From Octopus sinensis (taxonomy: Eukaryota): 21,984 nt of DNA. Below, piece by piece: positions 1 to 13,129 of the stretch (the first letter of the stretch is position 1; each line of letters starts with the position of its first letter). The stretch lies in NCBI RefSeq assembly GCF_006345805.1, contig NW_021836968.1, forward strand, positions 1 to 21,984, in the 5' to 3' direction. Under the pieces are notes generated by a model that worked only from the letters and a program-made list of their open reading frames with translations, made no database searches and had not been told where the DNA came from. A program made the translations under genes and the position numbers.

Positions 1-249
1 TATAGAGATAGGAAGCTACGGGCTGGACACAGACATAATGTTATATGAAATGAAAAACGAAAATGATGATTAATGGGTGAAAAAAGTGACGCCCTTTGAT
101 CGTTCTGTCCCGAGAACATTGATCCCTTATATTATTCATGAGGCAACAGACCTCTTACATTGTTCACAATATTCAATAACGAATGAGGCACTAAGCTTCT
201 TACCTTTTTTCCAAACTAGGAACTTTCAATAACATTGAGGTTTTTCAAC

Positions 250-1340
250 CTCTTATCCATATTCCTCCCCAACATCCCTTGTGACCCCATCCTCCGCCAT
301 CACCCACGCCTCATTCAAACACAAAACGGGTGCCGTGTCGGTGTCGCCCGGCCACAAGCGATATTCCTCGTTGAGTACCCCAGCCTACGCAACACGGGCA
401 ACGTTATGACCACCACAGCTATCTGCGGAGGCCATTCGGGATCCCGTGTGCAGGCTAAAGGTACTCCCTTACGGTGCTTTTCCAACGCCTTCTCCACCTC
501 TCCCCCTCTGTAGAAGAAGACCAATAATTCGTCTTCCTCCGGGGACGAGGTAGTCACTTCTACCGTCGGTGGCACAATGCCACCGACGGTGTCTCTTCCC
601 TTGCCGGTGGCACAAGCCCCACCAACGAGGTTCCGGGACATTCCGGCACTATGTCACCGACTGCCGGAAGTATCCCGTTTCTCTTCCTCTTCCTCTTTTT
701 TCTTCTCAATTGAGGGAGGGTGCGTCTCCTCGGAAACGGGTAGATTCGCCTCCCCTCATCCCTAAGATCCTTCGGTGAGCACCCATTGTTGCTCAGCTTC
801 TTCCTCTTGCAGCCTTTCTTTGAGGAGTCCTCTGTCTCCTCGGCCGCTTTCGTTCCCTTTTCTACAGAAGTCTCAACCAACTGCTCTAGGACCTTACTTT
901 ATTCATGTAGACAGTTTTTCTTTATATGATCGAGCTCCAGGCACCGATGACACCTGGCGGAGCGACCCTCAACAATCACGGTGACCTGCACCCGGCCATT
1001 TTCAAAAAATATGGGAATACTACATTTTTGGCTGATTGGGTACACAAGATCAAACCGCTTTTGATCGCACCCAATCAGCCGCAGGTAAAATTTTTACATT
1101 GAGGAGCTTGTCTCCGCTGCCACCCAGACTCCGGATGATAGTGTCCTCTATCCACTTGGGTTCTATTCCGGGTGGCAAACCACAGACCAAAGCCCTCGTC
1201 AACTTCCTTCCACAATACGTGGGAAGGAACAAAATCTCTGCCCTCCAAGGGCTGGCTCGCAAATTTGCGAGTCACCTCAGGGGTGTCAAATAGCAACCAC
1301 ATCGTTGCATATTGTCCTTGTTCTTTGCCATGTTTTATTT
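250..1340 (-). pseudogene. Degenerate retroelement Gag/ORF1-like CCHC zinc-knuckle ORF (frameshifted); ends approximate
   Basis: Minus-strand frames join into WLLFDTPEV...EILFLPTYCGRK...VIVEGRSAR-CHRCLELDHIKKNC (CX2CX4HX4C at 911-952), then K/R/E-rich low-complexity sequence. Clearly homologous to the plus-strand ORF at 1509-2416. Several frameshifts and stops. Confidence 0.65.
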
Positions 1341-1508
1341 GAATAAAAAGTTCAACAACAGTTCAAGATAAAATTCAAACAAGAAGGGAGAAAAAGAAAG
1401 AAATCAAAAAGAAGTCTCAACAAAAAGGAAGGAAGAAAAAAAGAAAACAAGTCAATAAAAAGAAAGTCACAAAAAAAGATAGAAGAAGAAAAGGAAACAA
1501 CAGTTTAA

Positions 1509-2416
1509 AAAATCACAGCAAAAAATCTTCTGGGCGACTCGGTAATCCAGGCCTATTTGGTACTCCAATTTGATGAACCTGGAACGCCACAACTTGGAAC
1601 ACAGCTTTCACAAACATTGGTAAAAGTTGTTGGCGAGTGTAGGGGCGAGGCGGAGGAAATAGTGCTTCTTCCCACGTATCTTGGAAGAAAGACTTCCAAG
1701 GTAAAGGTAGAAACAAGTCCACCAGATATAGAAGTGGCTTGGGTAGAGGCAGCTGTCCTTGTTGGAAGCGAGGAGAAGGTGGCTGTCCTCCAAGCCACAG
1801 AAACAGAAGAAGGAGGGTGGAAAGGAAGGATACTTGAACTAATTATTCAGGTGGAGAATGGTCAACTGGAGAACTTGGCAGAGACGGTGACGTTGGGGGA
1901 AATCATGCTGAGCGTGTGGGTAGAGGGCAGAATACCACGTTGTTTTAAATGTGGCCAAAAGGGTCACATTAGAGCATACTGCCCTCTACAGAGGACAATG
2001 ACTGAAGATAGAGTTGTGGAGATAGAAGAGAAAGGGAAAAAAATAGACGATGGAAACGAGAATAAGGAGGAAGAATGGAAAGTTACAGAGAGCAGAAGGA
2101 GAAAGAGGAACAAAAGAAAAGACACTGAGTATGATGTGGTACCCCAATTAAACACCAACCCACCCAAGACCACTCAGACCCACCCTCCCCATACAGACAC
2201 CAAACCCACCCACCCCATTTCTCCACAAGAAAAAAAGTAAAAGAAAGAACAGACACCACAAAATTTAGAAGACCCCCTCCTCCCGGTGAAAAAGGTTACG
2301 AATGCATGGCAAAGGAAATGTTGTCAGTAAGTGATGGAGAAAGGGGAAAAAGGATTGGACTGAAGGAGAAAAAGGACTTAGGACCCTTAGGTGGTGAGTG
2401 GTGTTACTCAGTGTAG
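1509..2416 (+). pseudogene. Retroelement Gag/ORF1-like CCHC zinc-knuckle protein, probably non-LTR ORF1; 3' frameshift
   Basis: Frame open 1509-2240 with LLPTYLGRK and VWVEGRIPR-CFKCGQKGHIRAYC (knuckle 1941-1982). A shifted frame continues to a stop near 2416. No RT or endonuclease ORF follows. Family assignment is inference. Confidence 0.7.
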
Positions 2417-2612
2417 GGTGAGTAGCACATTCTTTATAATATCATTTTCAGATATCATTCATTTTATCATATTTTAATTTGTTCTTCATGTTCATTTTCA
2501 TGTATCATTCATTATATCATATTTTATTTTTATATTTTTAATTGTTATATGTTCCCACATGTGTTGTAGTGTCCACCTCTGTGTAATGCCTTCATGGCAA
2601 AATCATTGAAAT

Positions 2613-2751
2613 AAAGTAGCTTGCTTACGAACCACATGGTTCCGGGTTCAGTCCCACTGCGTAGCACGTTGGGCAAGTGCCTTCTACTGTAGCCTCGAGC
2701 CGACCAAAGCCTTGTGAGTGAACTGGTAGACGGAAACTGAAAGCTCGTCGT

Positions 2752-2840
<89 letters not shown>

Positions 2841-3080
2841 TTATGTGTGTGAGTGTGTGCATATGTTTGTGTCTGTGTTTGTCCCCTAACACTGCTTGAC
2901 AACCGATGCTGGTGTGTTTTTACGACCCCGTAACATAGCGGTTCAGCAAAAGTGACCAATAGAATAAGTACTAGGCTTACAAAGAATAAGTTCTGGGGTC
3001 GATTTGCTCGACTAAAGGCGGTGCTCCACCATGGCTGCAGTCAAATGACTGAAACATGTAAAAGAGAAAGAGTAAAGAGA
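2613..3080 (+). mobile_element. tRNA-derived SINE, 5'-truncated, with internal (CA)n/(TA)n tract
   Basis: B-box-like GGTTCAGTCC at 2645-2654, central microsatellite 2753-2870, 3' tail ending in AAAGAG-like repeats. Decayed antisense copies of the same 3' half recur in the exon-array introns. Confidence 0.8.
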
Positions 3081-3092
3081 ATAATATAAATA

Positions 3093-3120
<28 letters not shown>

Positions 3121-3123
<3 letters not shown>

Positions 3124-3687
3124 AAAAGGGCTTAGTAAAATAAATTACTTTGCCGCATACTGAACTCATTAGAAATAGCAGCCAAAAAAAACTTTTTTAA
3201 AACTATTTCTAATACTTAATTGTTGAAATTATAATTCATCTCTCTCTATATAATGCCTCGGATTTTACCGAAAAAAGCATAGTGTTTACTGATTTTAACC
3301 CACGCTAGTGGAAAGGGGAGAGCAGAAATTCTTCGCTTGCATTTTTGAGTTTGTTGGCACTGTTAGTTCCGAGCAGATCTTCAGAAGCGATAAGAAGCCG
3401 AAAGGGTATGCTCCCACTTTCAGTGTTTCAAATCCAAACCAGGGAGTTCTGAGCTGATGATAGAATGTCGAGTTGACTAATCTTGAAACGTACGTTCTCA
3501 AATAACCTTTGCATTTGATTTTTTAATGTCTCTACCCCCATACTTTCGTGAGTTGAATTGAGCAAAACACTATATGAGAGAGGTTTTCTTCAAGTATTAG
3601 AAATAGTTTTTAAAAAAGTTTTTTTGGCTGCTATTTCTAATGAGTTCAGTATGCGGAAAGTAATTTATTTTACTAAGCCCTTTTATA
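3121..3687. mobile_element. Non-autonomous DNA transposon (MITE) with ~97-bp terminal inverted repeats in TA context
   Basis: 3121-3217 is the near-perfect reverse complement of 3592-3687 (TATAAAAGGGCTTAGTAAAATAAATTAC...). TA-rich flanks are compatible with a Tc1/mariner-type TA target (inference). Confidence 0.8.
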
Positions 3688-4341
3688 TAATTAATAATTT
3701 GAATTCGCCTTAAATGGTCCCTTTGCATACTGAATACTTGGTGAAATTGATTAATTAATTAATTTTCCCTCAATTGTTGAAATTATAATTCATCTCTCTC
3801 TATATAATGCCTCGGATTTTACCGAAAAAAGCATAGTGTTTACTGATTTTAACCCACGCTGGTGGAAAGGGGAGAGCAGAAATTCTTCGCTTGCATTTTT
3901 GAGTTTGTTGGCACTGTTAGTTCCGAGCAGATCTTCAGAAGCGATAAGAAGCCGAAAGGGTTGCTCCCACTTTCAGTGTTTTCAAATCAAACCAGGGAGT
4001 TCTGAGCTGATGATAGAAATGTCGAGTTTGACTAATCTTGAAACGTACGTTCTCAAATAACCTTTGCATTGATTTTTTAATGTCTCTACCCCCATACTTT
4101 CGTGAGTAATTGAGCAACACACTATATGAGAGAGGTTTTCTTTAAGTATTAGAAATAGTTTTAAAAAAGTTTTTTTGGCTGCTATTTCTAATGAGTCAGT
4201 ATGCGGCAAAGTAATTTATTTTACTAAGCCCTTTTATATAATGTAATAATTTGAATTCGCCTTAAATGGTCCCTTTGCATACTGAATACTTGGTGAAATT
4301 GAATTAATTATTAATTTTCCCTCAATTGTTGAAATGATAAT
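3218..4341. repeat. Direct tandem duplication, ~553-bp unit (MITE interior + right TIR + flank)
   Basis: AATTGTTGAAAT starts at 3218, 3772 and 4324. Units 3218-3771 and 3772-4323 are near-identical and differ mostly by 1-bp indels. Confidence 0.9.
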
Positions 4342-4594
4342 ATATATATTGCGCATATATACATACATATATGTACATACCTACATATATATGTATATAT
4401 ACACGCATATTTGGGTACATGACGTTAAGAAAACCTGAACACAATGAAAAACAACAACATAAAAAAACAAAAATATGGAAAACGAACTTCTGTTTTTGAA
4501 CAACGAAAGAAACAAATAGTAAAAGGAAACAGGCAACATAAAGAACAATCCCTTCACCAGTTGTTCCCTTGTGTATATGCGTAGCAACCCTAAC

Positions 4595-4663
4595 GATACG
4601 TTTGGAATTTGCAGTGATACAGGCGGAGCACATTTTGAAAATTTTGACGTAAGATTTATAAGT
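4595..4663 (-). CDS. Exon B1 (69 nt): (G)[22 protein letters not shown](S)
   Basis: Acceptor ctagtag, donor gttagg, open in phase 2; most divergent B copy. Confidence 0.6.
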
Positions 4664-7606
4664 CTACTAGTTTTAGTATCACAGCTAAGTAACAGACACA
4701 CAATTGTGTCATATTTTAAAAGACGTTTGCCCTATTTCATTAAAATAGATGTATAATTCTTGGACACCCTGTTTAATTACGGAACGAGATTATAGCAGCC
4801 AAGTCTCATTAAATTACCGTCGTGTCATTATAGCTAAGGTTAATGCGGTTAAAATTACCCGCTTTTTTCGTTCGTCGTATCGGATTCCTAGTCTCCGGAT
4901 TCCTTGCTTCCGGATTCCTCGTTCTGAGAATCTCTGCTGAAACGAATAGATATATACACATGTATGAAGAAAGTCCTCGTTGAAAGTCCTGTATGTATGT
5001 ATGTATGTATGTATGCATGTATGGATGCATGTATGCATGTATGTATTATGTATGTATGTATGTGTGTGTGTATGTATGTATGTATGTATGTATGTATGTA
5101 TGTATGTATGCATGCATGTATTATGTATGTATTGTATGTATGGATGCCTTGCATGCAGGCATGTATGTATGTATGTATGTATGATGTATGTATTGTATGC
5201 ATGCATGCATGTATGTATGTATGCATGCATGTATGTATGTATGTTATGTATGTATGTATGTATGTATGTATGTATGTATGTATGTATGCATGCATGCATG
5301 TTGTATGTATGCATGCATGTATGTATTATGTATATATGTGTGTGTGTATGTATGTATGTATGTATGTATGTGTGTATGTATATATGTATGCATGTATGTA
5401 TGTATGTATGTGTGTATGTATGCATGTATGGATGCATGTATGTATGCATGCATGTATGTATGTATGTATGCATGTATGGATGCATGTATGTATGGATGCA
5501 TGCATGCATGTATGTATGTATGTATGTATGTATGTATGTATGTATGTATGTATGTATGTATGTATGTATGTATACCTCATACCTTTTACTTTGTTCAGTC
5601 ATTTGAATACGACTTTTTGAATTAAAGAAATCGACCTCAGACTTATTTTTCGCCTATTACTTATTCGAGCGGAGTGTTTTGCCGAACCTCTAAGATAAGA
5701 AAATGTAAACACACCAACACCAGCGGTGGTAGTGAGGGGACAAATAGAGACAAAAAGACACACACATCCACACACACACACACATACACACACAGACGCA
5801 ATATAGACGAAGTTGAACAAGAAAGCATTGTAATATAAATTAGTTTTTTGCTCATCTTCGTTTATACAAAGTTGAGTCACGCACACATACACACACGCAC
5901 ATACACACGCACACACGCATATACACGCACACACACGCACGTACACAGGAACGCACATATACCTCCATACATAACGGCACGCACACACTCACATGCATAT
6001 ACGCTCATACACACACGCACACATACACACACACGCATGCATACACACACACGCACACATACACGCCCTCACACAACACGCACATCCATGCACGCACACC
6101 CAACATACACATACATGTGCACACATTCACACGTTCATACACGCACACACACATTCACACACGCACATACACACAGACACACACACATACATGTGCCCTT
6201 ACGCAAACAAATGCATACATACCTAACACACATAACCCCACGCACGCACACATACACATACAAACACCTACATACACACACGCAAACATTCACGCACACA
6301 CGGACACACAAGTACACGCACATGCGAACACACACGCGCATATAAGCGCAAGAACGCACATATACCGCCACACACAACCGCACGTACACACACATATACA
6401 CACGCGCACACATAACACGCGCGCTCACCCAAACACATATGCACATCACACACATACATACACACGCACATACACATATACCCAGCAAAACACAACTTCA
6501 CGTACATGGACGCACACACACCCGAAACCCTCACAAGACACACTTATACATACATGCACACAATCACAAATACATGGGCATACACACACGAACATACACG
6601 CACCCACAAACGCACGCACGAACACGCACGCATACACACAGGAACGCACATATAACTCCACACACACAACCCCCAACCCCTTCAACACCCCACACCCTTT
6701 ATTATTATTGAACAAGATTATGACAGCTTAGGGATCTTTTCGGTTTGAACGGCAGTTTTTTTTCTAGCGGTGTCATATGAAATTGTCACCCATAATTATG
6801 ACCCTAGTATCGATCTATTGCATTTCAATCTATTTTAGTGTTACGGGTGGGGGGAAGGTTATCTTTTTCTCTTCACAAATGATTTACAATCTGTTTCTTA
6901 AAGGAGGGACATATTCATACGGCTCAGAATGTTTTTTTTACCAAAATAGACGTCAGTGATTTGTTGAAATTGCAGATATTGAAGAAAAAATCTAACAAAT
7001 ATCTTACAAACTATAGAATTTTCTCAATAAAGCTAAGATGTTTTATAAACACATTCTACCAGTATACGAAGTTTAAAATATTTTAGTTACCTAGAAATTA
7101 TGTTAAAAACTGCCGTTCAAACAGAAAAAATCCCAGCCAAGTTTCATTAAATTAACGTCGTGTTATTATGGTTAACGTTACCGTGGTTAAATTACCTGTT
7201 TGTTTCCTGGGTCGTAACGGGGTCTTCGTTGTTTGATTCCTTCGTTGTCATTTCCATTTCCATAATGGAAATGTGATTCAAATCACCATTCCGAAGACCA
7301 TTGCTGGAACGAATAGATATGTACGCTTAATCTCTCTGAGAATTACGTGAAGTTTTCACGTGTCTATGAAGTGCTCTGCCTCTTGCATGCTATTTTGAAG
7401 AGGAAGCTATTCCGTTGAACGTATCAACTGGAATCATGAACGTCGTAACCGACAGTGTGCCAGCTTAGCAAAAATAAGTGTTTGTTAGTGTTTGTGAGTG
7501 TGTGTGTTCGTGTGTGTGTATGTGTTTATGTGTATACATATATTCACATGCACACATGCCCACCCGCACGCACACACTACACATGCACAGTAATATATAT
7601 ATATAT

Positions 7607-7667
<61 letters not shown>

Positions 7668-8025
7668 CATATACATATGCATATATATCTATATCTATAT
7701 ATATATATCTATCTATATATATGTATATTAATGTATATATATTATATATATATATTATATATATATATATATATATACATATAAGATATATATGTATATA
7801 TATATAGATATGTGCACCCACACACATATATATATATACATATAAATAGATGACATTTATATATAATATAAATATATATATTTATATATAATATATATAC
7901 ATATATATATACATATATATATAATATATATATACACATATAAATAGATGACATTTATATATAATATAAATATATATTTATATATAATATATATACATAT
8001 ATATATAGATATATATAATATATAG

Positions 8026-8067
<42 letters not shown>

Positions 8068-8843
8068 ATATATATATATGCATACACACATATAAATAGA
8101 TGACATTTATATATAATATACATGTGCGAATATACATAGCAACGCTAACGATAGATTTGAAATTTGCAGTGATATAGACGGATCATATGTTGAATGTTTT
8201 GACGAAAGATTTATAAATCTATTAGATTTAGTATCGCAGTTAAATAACAGACACAGAATTCTGTAAGATTCTGAAATAAATTTGCTTGATTTCATTGCAA
8301 TTGATGGTTAATTCTGGCATACTCTTTATATTTATGGAACGAGATTATGACAGCCTAGTCTCATTAAATTACATTCGTGTCATTATGGTTAACGTTACTT
8401 CGGTTAAAATTACCTGTTTGCTTCGTTCGTCGTAGCGGAGGTCTCGTTGACTAATTCTTTCGTTGTCATTTCCATTTCCTGAGTGAAAGTTGTATTCAAA
8501 TAACCATCCTGAGAAACGTTGCTGAAACGAATATATATATACATGTATGAACGAAAGCCCACGTGTGTATGCATGCATGTATGTGTGTATGCATGTATGC
8601 ACTTATGTATGAATACATATATACCTTATAGCTTTTACTTGCTTCAGCCATTGAAGGCTGTTGTGCCTAAGCACCAGTTTGAAGGGTTCTTTTAATTGAA
8701 AAAAATCGAATGCAGATCTTATTTGTCGTCTATTATTCGAAGGGTTTATTTTACCGAAACTCTAATATAAGAGAATGTAAACACACCAACACCAGTTACC
8801 AAGCGGTAGTAGTGAAGGGAGAAACACAGACACAAAGACATAG

Positions 8844-8883
<40 letters not shown>

Positions 8884-9755
8884 ACACACACACTCACATG
8901 CACACACTGAGCGTGAGCGATATAGTTTCAGAGAGGGTGAGAGAGGTTGAAGTATATATATATAGGAAGGGGAAAAGTTTACCACGAGAAAATCGAAAAC
9001 TGACTGACGTGTAGAAAATGACAGGTTTTGAAATTTTAAAATCAAGTCAAAATTTTCCAATTTGTTATATTGATGCACTTTTCCAGTCTGAATCAGAGTT
9101 TGTGCTTAATTTATTCCTGAGAGGTGAATAATAGAGATTGATTGATGGAGACTGTTGAGTTACACGTTGAAAATTATAATCCTTAATGATCGTTTGAGGA
9201 CGACATTGTTTATGGTACGCAGATTACGAAAATTAAATTTGTTTTTCACGCAGAGGTACCGTTTCGCTGCTTTTCGGGACAAACACACATGCATAACAAT
9301 ATGCACACGCATCTATATTGTATACACACACACGCACACACACACACGCAAACACACAAATACACAGTCACCAAACGCGCACACACACACACACACGAGA
9401 CTGAACCAGAAATTAATACATACATATATATATATATATATTTATATATTGCTTGTTTACACTTTTTCGAGATCAGTGACCTTTCGTCACTGGAAAAAAG
9501 ATATATATGTTTGCATTGGGAGCTCTTCGCATCGAAGACCGATGATTGTCGTGCGCTGACGACGGGTAAATACCTAGAAACCCGAGTCCGTGCGAATCAC
9601 GTCAGGTCGACGATAGGAAGGATGGCTTCCCTTTGCAAATACTGATAGGACACAGAAAGTGTGTCAATAGCCAGCTGGAGAAGATGTTCTCCAGGAGCTA
9701 CAAGCTACAGTAGCATCCACTCTTAGAGGTTGGCCACATTTAAGTGCAAATATAC

Positions 9756-9795
<40 letters not shown>

Positions 9796-11520
9796 ACACA
9801 CACACACACACACATATATAGATGATATTTGTGTATAATATAAATAGCCACGCTAACGATAGATTTGAAATTTGTATTGATACAGACGGAGCACATGTTG
9901 AAAGTTTTGAGTGAAGATTTATAAATCTATTAGCTTTAGCATCATAGTTAAATAAGAGACACAATTCTGACAGATTTTGAAAAAGAAATTGCCTGATTTC
10001 ATTGAAATGGATGTTTAAATCTGACACACCCTTGTATTTTTATTGAACAAGATTATGACAACCAAGTCTCAATAAATTAACGTAATGTCACTATGGTTAA
10101 CTTTACCGTGGTTAAATTACCTGTTTGTTTCCTGGGTGGTAACGGGGTCGTCGTTGTTTGATACCTTCGTTGTCATTTCCATTTCCAAAGTAGAAGTCTG
10201 ATTCCAATCACCACCATGAGGACCATTGCTGGAACGAATAGATATATATATACATGTATGAATGAAAGCGCACGTGTGTATGCATGCATGTATGTATGTA
10301 TTCAGGCATGTATGCATTTATGTATGCATGTATGCATGCATATATGTATGTATGTACGTACGTACGTAGCAATGCATATATACCTTATGTATTTTACTTT
10401 GTTCAGTCACTTGAATGCGGCTGTGCTGGAGCACCGGCATGAAGAGATTTTTAATTGAACAAATGGAATTCAGGACTAATATTCGAACGGTGTATTTTAC
10501 CGAATTTCTAAGATAAGGGAATGTAAACACACCAACACCAGTTGTGAACGGCTGGTAGTGTGGGGACAAACGCAGACAGAAAGACATACACACACACATA
10601 CACACACGCACACACACTCAAACGCGCACACTCAGCGCGAGCGATATAACTTTAGAAGCTGTGACAAAGAGGGAGTGAGGTAAATATCGGGTGGGGAAAA
10701 TTTCCCCATAATTAAATCGAAAAATGCCAGAGGTATAGAAACTGAAAGATCTTTTCTGTTGCTGTCACAGGTTTTGAAATTTTAAAATCAAGTCAAAATT
10801 TACAAATTTCGTATATTGATGCACTTTTCCATTCTGAATCAGAGTTTGTGATTCATTTATTCCTGAGAGGTGAATAATAGAGATTGATTGATGGAGACTG
10901 TTGAGTTACATGTAGAAAATTATAACTTTTAATGATCGTTTGAGGACGACATTGATTATGGTACGCAGATTACGAAAATTAAATTTGTTTTTCACGCAGA
11001 GGTACTGTTTCGTTGCTTTTCGGGACAAACACACATGCATAACAATATGCACACGCATCTATATTGTATACACACACACACGCACACACACACACGCACA
11101 CACACACACGCAAACACAGAAACATACAGTCACCAAACGCGCACACACACACACGAGACTGAACCAGAAATTAATACATACATATATATATATATACATA
11201 TTTTTATATATATTGCTTGTTCACACTTTTTCGAGATCAGTGACCTTTCGTCACTGGAAAAAAGATATATATGTTTGCATTGGGACCTCTTCGCATCGAA
11301 GACCGATGATTGTCGTGCGCTGACGACGGGTAAATACCTAGAAACCCGAGTTCGTGCGTATCACATCAGGTCGACGATGGGAAGGATGGCTTCTCTTTGC
11401 AAATACTGATAGGACACAGAAAGTGTGTCAATAGCCAGCTGGAGAAGATGTTCTCCCGGAGCTACACGCTACAGTAGCATCCACTCTTAGAGGTTGGCCA
11501 CATTTAAGTGGCAAATATGC

Positions 11521-11611
<91 letters not shown>

Positions 11612-12158
11612 ACATATATAGATGATATTTGTGTATAATATAAATAGCCACGCTAACGATAGATTTGAAATTTGTATTGATACAGACGGAGCGCATGTTG
11701 AAAGTTTTGAGTGAAGATTTATAAATCTATTAGTTTTAGCATCATAGTTAAATAAGAGACACAATTCTGTCAGATTTTGGAAAAGAAATTGTCTGATTTC
11801 ATTGAAATGGATGTTTAAATCTGACACACCCTTGTATTTTTATTGAACAAGATTATGACAACCAAATCTCAATAAATTAACGTCGTGTTATTATGGTTAA
11901 CGTTGCTCTGTTTAAAATTACCTGTTTGTTTCCTGGGTCGTAACGGGGTCTTCGTTGCCTGATACCTTCGTTGTCATTTCCATTTCCATAGTGGAAGTGT
12001 GATTCCAATCACCACCTTGAGAACCATTGCTGGAACGAATAGATATATATACATGTATGAATGAAAGCGCACGTGTGCATGTATGCATGTATGTATGTAT
12101 GTATGTATGTATGTATGTAGTATGTATGTATGTATGTATGTATGTATGTATGCATGCA

Positions 12159-12192
<34 letters not shown>

Positions 12193-13086
12193 CATGCATA
12201 TACATGTATGCATGCATGTATGCATTTATGTATGCATGTATGCAGCATATATGTGTGTATGTATGTACGTACGTACGTAGCAATGCATATATACCTTATG
12301 TATTTTACTTTGTTCAGTCACTTGAATGCGGCTGTGCTGGAGCACCGGCATGAAGAGATTTTTAATTGAACAAATGGAATTCAGGACTAATATTCGAACG
12401 GTGTATTTTACCGAATTTCTAAGATAAGGGAATGTAAACACACCAACACCAGTTGTGAACGGCTGGTAGTGTGGGGACAAACGCAGACAGAAAGACATAC
12501 AAACACACATACACACACGCACACACACTCAAACGCGCACACTCAGCGCGAGCGATATAACTTTAGAAGCTGTGACAAAGAGGGAGTGAGGTAAATATCG
12601 GGTGGGGAAAATTTCCCCATAATTAAATCGAAAAATGCCAGAGGTATAGAAACTGAAAGATCTTTTCTGTTGCTGTCACAGGTTTTGAAATTTTAAAATC
12701 AAGTCAGAATTTTCCAATTTGTTATATTGATGCACTTTTCCATTCTGAATCAGAGTTTGTGATTCATTTATTCCTGAGAGGTGAATAATAGAGATTGATT
12801 GATGGAGACTGTTGAGTTACACGTAGAAAATTATAACTTTTAATGATCGTTTGAGGACGACATTGATTATGGTACGCAGATTACGAAAATTACATTTGTT
12901 TTTCACGCAGAGGTACTGTTCGTTGCTTTTCGGCAAAACACACATGCATAACAATATGCACACGCATCTATATTGTATACAAACACCCACGCACACACAC
13001 ACACGCACACACACACACGCAAACACAGAAACATACAGTCACAAACGCGCACACAACACACACGAGACTGAACCAGAAATTATACA

Positions 13087-13129
<43 letters not shown>

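Noticed and set aside
136-180. Minus-strand LNIVNNVRGL resembling an APE endonuclease start after the Gag-like ORF
   Set aside because: A stop follows four codons later, spacing is one residue short, and there is no downstream QET motif.
3295-4209. Short ORFs inside the long-TIR MITE as transposase remnants
   Set aside because: No DDE/D or HTH motif recognised, and the frames differ between the two copies.
9560-9650. Possible third exon on the minus strand inside the structured cassette (ctatcag...ctag/gtattt)
   Set aside because: 68 nt, not a multiple of 3, with a stop in the required phase, and absent from five of the units.
11522-11827. Longer [22 protein letters not shown]...FINL as an extended exon B (also 9740-10027, 13520-13711)
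   Set aside because: The part upstream of the ctaatag acceptor has 2-bp and larger indels and stops in diverged copies; only the 69-nt core is length-conserved.
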